The notes beneath the pieces are model-generated. The model searched no databases, was not told the origin of the DNA, and saw only the letters and a program-made list of their open reading frames with translations. Positions 53,414 through 64,000 of a stretch of DNA of 64,000 bases are shown piece by piece; within the stretch, counting starts at the first letter, position 1, and every line of letters starts with the position of its first letter. The stretch comes from Podarcis tiliguerta. Lineage: Eukaryota. The DNA is taken from the NCBI GenBank assembly GCA_965153285.1, contig OZ229125.1. The stretch is one strand, 5' to 3'. The position numbers and the translations under genes were made by a program.

Positions 53414-54106
53414 CTGGAACACAAAAAACACATTTTGGTCAGGACAGGCAAGAGAAATTAATTAGAAGCATAAGATTTCCATTTGCTTGTTTTTTCTCTC
53501 CCTCCCTGTCACATATCCATGCTAGAGTGCTCCCTAAGTCTTTATAAAACCATCTGTTCTGGTAGCCATTGAAATGGCCCAAAGAAATGCGCTGTGTGAA
53601 AACACGTTTTATCCTGAATGTACCATAGTTTACCTGGACAGTAGAAGGTTCAAGGGGTTTTTTTTATTGTAGGAGTAAAAGAGAAGCTGTCTTCTCACCA
53701 CACAGAATTTTACCTGCCCTTAGTAATTTTTTATCTCATATTAACAGCCCTAACTTCTTGTACATCTCTTTGTAAGACAATGTTAACCTCCCCACTTTTA
53801 ATTTCAGTTGCCTTAAGTATTTCATTATTACTTTTAGGTGGGACACCTAGAACTGCATATGGCATTCTAAACTTGAGTGCCTGTTAAATTATACTATAAT
53901 ATGACAATACTTGCTGCTTTATCTTCAATCCCTTTCAGGATAGCTCATGAAATTGAGCTTGCCTCACACATTGCAGGAGGTTCTGCTGAGCTTTTGTTCT
54001 AATGAGCACCAGTTAAGTATTACCTGGAGATTTGGACAATGCCTCATCTAGTCAGCTAGTCAAAACATCAAGATCTCATTTACTTAGAGCTAACAAGACA
54101 TCATAC

Positions 54107-54239
54107 CTTCTTCAGAATCTTGTTCCTCTTCCTTTCCACTTGTTTCTGCTTCAACCTCTTCTTCATCATCGTCGTCGTCATCATCATCATCTTCATCTTC
54201 TTCCTCCCCTTCCTCTTCATTGAGGTCTTCCTCCTGTTC
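54107..54239 (-). CDS. SETD1B: SETD1B poly-D/E exon
   Basis: aag|EQEEDLNEEEGEEEDEDDDDDDDDDEEEVEAETSGKEEEQDSEE+G|gtatga; 133 nt. Confidence 0.88.
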
Positions 54240-54554
54240 CTTGAGAGAGAAGGCATTTTAAAAGTGCAACAAACACTCGTTTTTTTGCAGGTGGGGGAGC
54301 ATGTTGACCGAGGGCCTATATTATTACATAAGAAAGTGGTCCAGTGCCATTGTGGCACATCTGGTATAATGTCTAGATAAAAAGATAGGCTGGTGGACTC
54401 AGGACATGCAATATGACACTTCTTTATAGAATGGAAGACACATTTAAAGTTTTTTTAAGGGGGGAAATAAGCTACAGAAATATTTCAAAACTCAGAAAAG
54501 CAACACATATGAACATATCTAAGCAATTGCAGCTACACAAAGGGATATCCCAAA

Positions 54555-55031
54555 CAGGGCTGGATTAACCATTAAGAGAAATAAGTACATGCTTAGGGCA
54601 TCAAGGGAAGGGGGCACCACAGACATTTTCCACTGCCAGATTTTTAACATTAATGGTCACAAATTGCTCTGCTGAGCATCAATTTTCTATACTGAAGTGT
54701 ATTAAAAATCCCAACGGAACAACTATGCAACAAGACAGGCTGGATGGCTTATCTTTACTAAGTATGGAAGCAGATGTGTTACATAAGATTAGTTTTTAGG
54801 ATCTGATCAAAGACTTTGACATTAGTAAAAGCAGGAGAAAATGTTTCAAATATAAAGTGAAAGTATACAAAAATAAACATTCTTTTCCATCTTAATGCAG
54901 GTTTTGTTCCATTCTGAAAAATAAAAAATTATTTTACCGTTTATTATTGTTTATATTTTGAATTAAATATGTATGGGGGCACCAGAAACTTTTAAGTGCT
55001 TAGGGCCTCTAAAGGTCTTGACTCAGCCCTG
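54555..55031. mobile_element. hAT-like non-autonomous element
   Basis: Ends CAGGGCTGGATTAA / TTGACTCAGCCCTG; diverged TSD ATCCCAAA / ATTTCAAG. Confidence 0.65.
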
Positions 55032-55142
55032 ATTTCAAGCAATATCTAGAATGTAAGCAAGGAAGAAAGATAATTTTGTGGCTAGGGGGGAGCAGCCTGC
55101 CACAAAACTCATCTTTCCCTTTGACTTATCAACTTAGCCCCA

Positions 55143-55680
55143 GTGGGGCTACCTTTGAAGGTGACCTGGAAGCTACAACTAATCCAGAATGCGGCAGCTA
55201 GACTGGTGCCTGGGAGCAGCTGCCGAGACCACATAAAAGACCTACATTGGCTCCCAGTATGTTTCTGAGCACAATTCAAAGTGTCGGTGCTGACCTTTAA
55301 AGCCCTAAACGGCCTCCGTCCAGTATATCTGAAGGAGCGTCTCCACCCCCATTGTTCTGCCTGGACACTGAGATCCAGCTCCGAGGGCCTTCTGGTGGCT
55401 CCCTCGCTGCAAGAAGCCAAGTTACAGGGAACCAGGCAGAGGGCCTTCTCGGTAGTGGCGCCCACCCTGTGGAACACCCTCCCACCAGATGTCAAAGAGA
55501 AGAACAACTACCAGACTTTTAGAAGACATCTGAAGGCAGCCCTGTTTAGGGAAGCTTTTAATGTTTGATGCATTACTGTATTTTAATATTTTTTGGAAGC
55601 TACCCAGAGTGGCTGGAGAAGCCCAGCCAGATGGGTGGGGTATAAATAATAAATTATTATAATATTACTATTATTACTAT
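55143..55680 (+). mobile_element. L2-clade LINE 3' fragment
   Basis: Close match to 31435-31960; RAFSVVAPTLWNTLP...FRRHLKAALF. Confidence 0.88.
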
Positions 55681-55755
55681 AAGAGGGAGGTGCTGGCTTT
55701 CACTCACACATACACAGCCAAGAGAAAAAAAGCCCAGGTTGGTTGTGGGACCTAC

Positions 55756-55973
55756 CTTGTCAGAAATGGATTTCATCACCCCTTCCCCTTCCTCTTCCTC
55801 CTGCTCGGCCTCCTTTTCAGAAGACGATTCCTCCTCCTTGCCTGAATCCTCCTCTTCTCCTTCACTGTCTAGTTCCAGCGGCCTTCCGGGTCTCCTCCTG
55901 AGGCCGACCACTTCACCATCTTTCTTGGAGAGGTCTGAGGCTGCATCCGGCAGGTCTCGATCTCGTTCTGATT
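55756..55973 (-). CDS. SETD1B: SETD1B exon
   Basis: cag|(E)[40 protein letters not shown]...ISDK|gtaggt; 218 nt. Confidence 0.92.
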
Positions 55974-57524
55974 CTGGGAGTGTGAAAATGCACGAAACAG
56001 TTGAAGCAGCAGCCAGCCATGACATTCCCAAAGTGACAAAAATGGATTCCTGCCTTAGAAAACTGAAAGTAGGTGGGCTTTAAAAAAGTGTTTACTTTCG
56101 CTTGCTCATTTGTTAAATAAATAGATTTTAAGAAGAAAGAAAATGCAGCTAAGGAAATGTGCTCGATACTTGTGTCACCTTGAAAATATGTTACGTGTTA
56201 GGAGAAACTACATACTTGGCGTTATTCTATCTCCCATGTATATAACACACCAGAGAAGTGGGAGTCATTATGATGGGCCCTGGGTTTAGGTGGGAAAGGA
56301 GCAGCTGAATGCCACATTGTACCCCACATCTGAGTTCTCTCTCTAGAAGAAAGGAGGCAACCATGGAAGGAGGCTTTACTACCACTACAGCAGTGTCCTC
56401 AAGTCTAGCATTTTGGCCTTTCCTTAGGAGTCTTAGGGTCCGGTTAAATCTCGTGAAGGTTAGTTATAGGAGGATAAAGGGACTCACTCCAAAGGCTTCA
56501 CAGAAAAGGTGGTTTTTGAGGGATGGATCTGAAGGAAGAGAACGCCTGTGGCGGATGGAAACATTTGGTTCTTCTGTGCACAAGGGATCTGTATCTCTGG
56601 ACATGCACCCTATGCAAGGATTTATTTTTCAAGGCACCATTTCTGCTAAAAATTAACCACTGATTACATCTAGGGGCAAGTAAGCCTGTGCTTATTGCTG
56701 CCACCAAGGTCCATGGGACTGCAAAGCTTAACTTGGCTGGTTGCACCCTATGAGTTTAGGAAAAAGAGGTTGAGATTGGGCCTTGCTTGTTAGCTGCAAT
56801 CTGGCTTCCTTAAATCTTTCAATAAGATGGTATGCAATCTAGGAAGTACACCAAAACTTTATCCCGGTCAATAGGGCTTAAATGCACAGCAAAGGAAGGA
56901 ACTCCCAGTTTCTCTTCCTAGTTAGGATACTGAACTCCAGGCAGGCTATGTCCTTCCAAAGCTGGCAAGAAATTGGTGCTTGAATACTGAACAACTGTGG
57001 GTGCTCAGATTAATGAAGTGCACTATGTCAAGATGACTACTACTTAATTAATTATATTAGTCATATAATTAATTATATGACTACTAATTAATTATATTAT
57101 TATTATTATTATTATTATTATTAGCCTTCTCCAAAGAGCTCTGGGAGGGTAAAGCATTTAATGACAAATAACAAGAACTGTGGGGTGTGTGTCTTTCATT
57201 TCATACTGAAATAGCATTAAACCAGTTATAACACTGAACAGCTTGTTCTTTCCATGATACAAAAATATTTTTACCGTGATTTTAAACATTACTTAATGGA
57301 ACAGTGCCCATCTTAACTGCAACACTGAACACGGAGTCTTATCTGTGTTACAGATTGGTCCCAAATATGACATTAAATTGCAAAAATTAGGACAAAGAGA
57401 ATGTGGAACTCTTAGTTTTGCATAGAGTGTCCAGATTGAGAGACAAATCACCAGCGTGAAGATTAGAGGACTCAGCAGTGTGAAACCCTTACTGTGTTTT
57501 GGAGGAAAATATGGCTTCACAAAC

Positions 57525-57612
57525 CTTCATCTTCATCATCTACTGAAGTAGAGGGACGGATTCTCTTCTGGTCTCCAGCTGAGGCAGCTTCAGGTGGCTC
57601 CTTTCTCTTCAC
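57525..57612 (-). CDS. SETD1B: SETD1B exon
   Basis: cag|[29 protein letters not shown]+G|gtttgt; 88 nt. Confidence 0.93.
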
Positions 57613-58354
57613 CTGCAGAAAGGAAAGAATTAACCAATTTTGGGAGATGTACTTGTTTTTAGATTTACAAGTGCTCCCACTTCATAGCATACCTTACTCC
57701 CCAAAAATGACTACATGGGAGTGCCTACGTTGGCTTTCCTTTTTATTTTTGTGAAAACATTTTGACTTCAGTTTGTAATTTAAAGGGCAACAGAACAATT
57801 AGACCAGTGTGAAAATCAAGAGGCACTGCCATTGAACCCAGTTCAATCATCTAAATACACAGAAGGGCAAACATGCGAATTAGGAAAGCTGGAATAAGAC
57901 GGAAACCTTACAGTCTTATCACCTCTTTTATTAAATCTGTTAAAGGATTTCTGACGTATGATAAAATAAAGGTGATGTTCTTCCTTACAGATCTCCAACC
58001 ACTTTCCATGTTTGCATGCTTTCTCTAAGCAACACTCTCCCCCCTAACTTTTCCCCATCCTTCAAGTCTTCCAGTGTGCTCTCTAAAACCCACATGGGGA
58101 TAGAGGCAACTGTTAATCCTTCTGCACCATCATAAATCAGCCAGTAATAGCATTGGTGGTGGTGTGGAGAGCCAATACTGGGTTATTAATCATTTCTGTA
58201 AGGTTAGAGAGCTAAAAGTACAGGCAGTTTATTGGGCAAAAAGTGTGCAACAGCTGAGACATTAAAACTGTGACTCAATTTTAACATTATTTACAGTACT
58301 ATAGGAAAGCAGGGTTCATATTATGAATAACTAGATATTGAAGGCTGCTCTTAC

Positions 58355-58528
58355 CTTGAAAGATGGCAACCGGATGGCCCCGCGTAACCCAATGCCCAAG
58401 CCAATCCCCTCATAACCCAGACCTTCTCCTTTGTTCCAGTTCTCCAGAAGACAAGATGTGATGCGGTCCTTTGGTTTTGGCTTCTCCTCATCTTTATGTT
58501 CTCCAGATTTTACTGGAGTAAGTGATGC
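58355..58528 (-). CDS. SETD1B: SETD1B exon
   Basis: tag|[58 protein letters not shown]|gtaaga; 174 nt. Confidence 0.95.
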
Positions 58529-59524
58529 CTATGCAAGACAAACAGGATTAAAAAAGAGGACACTGACACACTGGTGCAAACCCTAAAAATTGGGTGCTTG
58601 AACAAAGCAGTAGCATCTACACATACGAAAGCTCTAATTTCCCTGAACAAGTACAGACTTAAGGTGCTCAAATCCATCAATAGCACTTATGGAACATCTC
58701 TGCTTGACTTCCATTGGAAAAGTTCAGCCTGAACAAATTCTAGGGAGGAGGCAAACGTCAAAAACATCTGAAGGATGTGCCTACTTTCCCTACTGCAGAG
58801 TGTCCATCGATTAAACTGCAAACTCTCCACCTTGCCTGGCAGAAAACAACCTTAATTTGGCATGATCCTTTTGTGGTGCAAAAACCATGTAGGTCTTTGC
58901 ATGTAGGCTGTAGCCTAATATCCACTATGGGCTTTAGGAATTTGCGAAGGTCAGGCAGTGCTAAGTACACTTTTGCCATTTGTAAAGACATGAACACACT
59001 CTAAGCCAGGCACAGGCAAACTCGGCCCTCCAGATGTTTTGGGACTACAGCTCCCATCATCCCTAGCTAACAGGACCAGTGGGAATTGTAGTCTCAAAAC
59101 ATCTGGAGGGCTGAGATTGCCTATGCCTGCCATGTCTGACGTCACACAGAAATCACACACAAACATACACAGAGAGCTGCCTCAAATGGAGTCATGCATC
59201 TAGCCTACTCCAAACACACTGACTCTCTAGTCTAGGGTTTCAGATAAAAGACTTCCACCCCCCCCACACACACTAGAGATCCCTTTAAAACAACAACAAT
59301 AACCTTGAGTTATAAGGAATCAGACCTGTGCTCTTATACATGCATGCATGCACTAAGCTTTATTATGACAGGTGTATGCCTTGCCATACACCTGTCATGT
59401 TACTTGTTTTATGTATGTCCAAGCCTGAACTGGGGGAAACACAGAAAGATGCAAAGAGGCAGGTGGTGCAAACTGTCTGTCATTGCAAAGCCACTGGAAA
59501 AGAGGGGTGAGATTTGATGGTTAC

Positions 59525-60292
59525 CTTTGCCAGACGCTCTTTCTTGTCCCACCAGTCATCAAATGCCCTGAAGGCCACCACCTCCACCATCTTCCGGTTT
59601 AAATCCCTCTTCATTATTGCTTTAAGTTCCTTCACAATCACCAAGAGGACACCATCCACAGTGGCCTTATGAGGATCTTCCTTCTTGGGCTGGTAACCCG
59701 GAGGAGGAACCGAGGGGTCAAACTTGGGCAAAGGGGGCCACTGCTGTCCACGGTTGATAGCTGCTCCCATGGAAAAGTGTCGGTAGGGAGGAAGGTTGAC
59801 AAATTGCATCCGGTTCCCCATGAACGGGGGGTACTGGTAAGTGTTCTGCCCTTGCATCAAGCGGCTCAGCATTTGGGTTTGCATTTGAAAAGACATTGAC
59901 ATGCCTCCCCATTGGTTGCCCAAGACACTGATCATATCTACTTGCATGAGGGGAAACATCCCAGGATGGAACGGAGGAAGTGGAGGCAAGATATGAGGGG
60001 GTGGAACCCCAGGAGGCGCTGGGAGGGGGGGAGGCGGGACAGTGACTGCGGGGTGAGTTGGGGGAGGCGGGGGAGGGAGAGGCGGGGGAGGGGGCATTGG
60101 GAAGACCGGCTGGGGTGGGGGTGGGGGAGGCAGAGGAGGAAAACCATGGGGAGGCATAGGAATTGAGGGAGCCATCACAGCTGAGTTGCCAACAGAAGTA
60201 TTCACCACAATGTTTTTGGCACATTCTGTGCTTGGAGATTGGTTCATTTCATCATCGGAGATCTCCATGTCTTCCCCTGAAGACTGATGACA
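59525..60292 (-). CDS. SETD1B: SETD1B proline-rich exon, the most 5' in this window (RRM exons lie beyond 64000)
   Basis: cag|[15 protein letters not shown]...[36 protein letters not shown]|gtaacc; 768 nt; the 12 exons sum to 4161 nt in frame. Confidence 0.96.
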
Positions 60293-61057
60293 CTGTGAGG
60301 AAGAGAGAAACATATTCTGCTTAGTCTAGGATTACAGTCCCATTAGCAAGACAAGTAAATAAAAATCGGGGTGGGGGAGTAACTTTGTCTCCTCAAGTCA
60401 TGTGCATCCAAGACAACTTAGTATTTTCTTGGGAGACATTCAGTTCAACAAAACATGTAAAATCACATCCTATGAGGTGCTCAAACTGTCGGGGCTATTT
60501 GTATATTAAAACCTGAAGAACTTTACCACAAGGCCATCTTAATACTATCTGGACCTTTCCCCCTAACTATGAGCACCCCCAGTTCAAAATGTAGCACTAA
60601 AAGCAATCCAGAAATCTAATCTGGTTTTCATCAAGTATCCACTGATCAATTTACTACCACCAGAGGGCGGTTGCTTCCAAAAAGCAAAGTTTACAGAAAA
60701 AAATGTGCTCTTTACCAGCCTGTGGCTAAATGAAAAAGAACATGGATTTAAATCAGCAAAGGACAGCATATAATCACAAGAAACTCTCCCGTAACCTTTA
60801 CCTATTCTTGATTCTGCTTAGAAACAACTCAGGAGTCGTAGGAAGGTGAGAGAATATAAAACTGAATATGGAAAGAAGCCACACAGAGCTGTCAATGGAA
60901 GTTTCATCTTGGATGGAGAAGTCCCAAGATTTTGCCCAATTTTGCCCAAGGCTACCTAACAAGTTCAGGTTAAGAGATGCTCTCACTCAACTTCAGTTTG
61001 TCCCCTGCAAAAATGGAGAAACCACCCTTTGCTGTTTCTTGCAGCAGTAGTCTATCA

Positions 61058-61192
61058 CAGGCATGGCCAAACTTGGCCCTCCAGATGTTTGTGACTACAA
61101 CTCCCATCCTTCCTAGCTAACAAGACCAGTGGTCAGGGATGATGGGAATTGTAGCCCCAAAAGATCTGGAGGGCCAAGTTTGGCCATGCCTG
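61058..61192. mobile_element. Short palindromic hAT MITE, perfect TSD
   Basis: TSD GTCTATCA at 61050-61057 and 61193-61200; TIR CAGGCATGGCCAAACTTGGCCC. Confidence 0.9.
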
Positions 61193-61589
61193 GTCTATCA
61201 TGTCAGAGCAAAGTGCAATGAAGTTGGCATATCAGCTTGAAGATTAAAATGATAAAATAGCAGTAAGAGAGGAGAAAAGGCACATTTGCAAAAAAAGGTG
61301 GGTTGCGCGTGTTTGTTGCTCAGTTCAACAAGCCCTTTAGTGAACATGCTGCAAACAGTACTAGAATGGGCCTGTCCCTGGAGCAAGCACACGGCGCACA
61401 GAGCCCCACTGCCTCTCTTGCTTTTCAATGGCACCCCCTCCTCCTTGGCTTACTTTCTGCCACCAATGTAGGAGCAGCAGTCTCTCTCACACATTTCAAC
61501 TGATGAGTTCCTCTGCTTCCACCCTCCCTGCCTTGCTCTAGCAAGAGATTAGGTGGAAAGTCTCTTGGGTGAACAGAAAACGGCAGGGC

Positions 61590-61885
61590 CACCAGTCATG
61601 GCTCTCAGTACCAGGAGAGAGTGGGATGGTAGGACCCAAACCAACAGCTTCAAGTTACAGGAAAGGAGATCCCAACTCAACACCAGGAAGAACTTTGATA
61701 GAAAGAGCTCATCGACAGGAACTGACTCCCTCGGGAGGTGGTGGACTCTCCTTCCTCAGAATTTTTAAGCAGAGGTTGGATGGCCACCTGTCATAGATGC
61801 TTCAGCCGAGATTCCTGAATTCCAGCGGATTGGGTTAAATGACTGTCAGCATCCCTTCCAACTCTACAACTCTATGATTCTGTGA
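61590..61885 (+). mobile_element. CR1 3' fragment
   Basis: TNSFKLQERRSQLNTRKNF...FKQRLDGHLS; CTATGATTCT tail. Confidence 0.8.
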
Positions 61886-63004
61886 ATATAGGGCCTGGAC
61901 CTATTTGCCAGGGATGGCCCTGGGTAGGAAGAAAGGCTCTGTCCATCTCTGCTGGAAAGTGGAACTTGAGGATAACTTGAATACAGGAAAAGAAAAAGCC
62001 TGGATAACATGCTCTGATACACAGAGTGTGGGTCAATAAACAGGCAAAAGGCACACCTTCCTGACTTAATTTACTTATGCTATATTCTAGATTGGTTCAT
62101 CTTTGCCTCTCTCTCCCCCTAACAAAAAATTGTGTCTTTTTTTGGCAAGATCATAATGTACCAGGTGAAGCCCAGTGAAAAACTGCTGGCCTCGGTCTAT
62201 GAGAATGCAACCCTTCTCATATAACGCATGGCAGCCAAAGTCCACCCCAGCTCTGTGGGCAGCTCAGAGTACCTTGGGGCATGGAAAGTGCACAGGAAAT
62301 ATTTTAACCAATATTTAAATATATGGGCATATTTGCCATTTGTATTCTGAAATAGGAAATAGGAATCACAGATGGGTTGAAGGCAAGTTGGGTGAATTAA
62401 AAGCTACCACCAAAACCTTATGAACTTTATGAAGAGCCAACATTGCAAAAGCCCCTTGTGCCTCCAACAGCTTCATGGCAGGCAACTGACCTGAATGCAT
62501 AGAGGGGACAAGTTTTGCAATCCAAAATTTATTTTAAGCAATACATTAGTAATATGATGGGGAAATGGGAGAGGAAACAGGAGTGGGGAAATATACCAAA
62601 AATCAAGAAAGCCAGCTGGAAGGAGGAGGCTGTCAATTAAGCAGAGTTCAATTAAAATAAAATTCAGAAGGATAAAAAGCTTGTTCAAGACAAGAGAAAT
62701 CATGGAGAGTAAGAAAGAACAAATGCAGAAAGCAGGGTGTAGCCAGGGAGGAAGAAAAACAGGGTCTAGGCAGACAGTGAATGTAGAAGTAAAATGCTAT
62801 GGCTTAGCTTTTTAAAATTGTTTTAACTGAAGATTAAACTTTCAGTTCATCAAGTCCTTTTAATGGATGTTACATTCAATGTGAAACACTAATGTTAATG
62901 ACAGTATGAAGATAGGGGAAGAAGAGAGGAGGGGGGATAGTAATTTTTTCATTATTTTACATAGTGTATGTGCCTAGTTTTGCCCCTGCAGAAAGGCCCC
63001 TGTA

Positions 63005-63215
63005 GGAGAGCATGTAGTAGAGTGTTGGACTAGGACCTGGGAGACCAGGGTTCAAATCCCCACTCAGCCATAACTCACTGGGTGGCCTCTGGCCAGTCCC
63101 TGCCTCTCATCCTAATTTACCCCACAGGATTGTTGTGGGGATTAAAAGAGGAGGGGGAGAACCATGTGCACCACATTGAGCTCCTTGGGGAAAAGGTGGC
63201 TATAAATGCAATCCA
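63005..63215 (+). mobile_element. Older tRNA-derived SINE
   Basis: B-box GGTTCAAATCC; related decayed copies near 11470-11680 and 25720-25915. Confidence 0.6.
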
Positions 63216-63484
63216 TCCATCCTGGCCCACAGCCATCCAGTGAGCTTCAGTACAAGGTGGGAGGCCAGAATGCAGGCCTCCCTCAAAGTCCAACAAGTCT
63301 CTCTGCAACTTCTCCAAGCTGATGCCTTCCAGTTACACCACAGCTCCCACCATCCCTGCCCACTGGGCCACGCTGCCTGAGCCTCATGAGAGTTGTAGTT
63401 CCAAACATGTGGAGGGTGCCAGGTTGGGGAAGCCTGCATGACATTATCCAGATATCAAATATATTTTGGCATAGTACCTATTGG

Positions 63485-63849
63485 TGAATTCTGGTGCTGG
63501 AGGAGACTCTTGAGAGTCCCATGGACTGCAAGAAGATCAAACCTATCCATTCTGAAGGAAATCAGCCCTGAGTGCTCACTGGAAGGACAAATCCTGAAGC
63601 TGAGGCTCCAATACTTTGGCCACCTCATGAGAAGAGAAGACTCCCTGGAAAAGACCTGATGCTGGGAAAGATTGAGGGCATAAGGAGAAGGGGACGACAG
63701 AGGACGAGATGGTTGGACAGTGTTAAAGAAGCTACCAACATGAGTTTGACTAAACTGCGGGAGGCAGTGGAAGACAGGAGTGCCTAGCGTGCTCTGGTCC
63801 ATGGGGTCATGAAGAGTCGGACACGACTAAACAACTAAACAACAACAAC
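63485..63849 (+). mobile_element. BovB (RTE-clade LINE) 3' end
   Basis: WCWRRLLRVPWTARRSNLSILKEISPECSLEGQILKLRLQYFGHLMRR...GKIEGIRRRGRQRTRWLDSV; (AAC)n tail. Confidence 0.92.
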
Positions 63850-64000
63850 CACCAATTTGAACCATGCAGCAAGAAAACAAAGAAGACCAGCAGCTCCTTC
63901 CAGAGTAGATGTTGCATCGAATATCTGCTGTTTATTCTCCAAGAAGCAGCCAGTGTGTCCTCTCCGTCTAGGGTTGTTTTCACCAGTGCTCTGAAGCACA

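Overview
Vertebrate genomic DNA from a squamate reptile, probably a lacertid lizard (Sauria SINE, Squam3-like SINE, BovB, CR1, L2, many hAT and Tc1/mariner MITEs). The window holds the conserved block PSMD9(-) / HPD(+) / SETD1B(-). PSMD9 coding exons 1-4 lie at 1091-5945 and the gene continues off the left edge. HPD is complete: 14 coding exons, 13511-33220, 1182 nt, 393 aa. The last 12 coding exons of SETD1B lie at 40743-60292 and the 5' exons are off the right edge. I read all exon boundaries by hand and the phases close. The ORF track mostly misses the top finding: an intron-containing, disabled NDUFA4/COXFA4-family gene remnant on the minus strand between PSMD9 and HPD (about 9.9-11.8 kb), with a nonsense codon, a dead splice acceptor and a frameshift. 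Other observations: a U12-type AT-AC intron in SETD1B just upstream of the Win-motif exon, a GC-AG intron in PSMD9, a young CR1 about 10 nt from the PSMD9 exon 1 donor, and two near-identical inverted hAT MITEs bracketing HPD exons 6-7. Most short ORFs in the track are noise. Repeat family names come from recognised motifs, not database searches.
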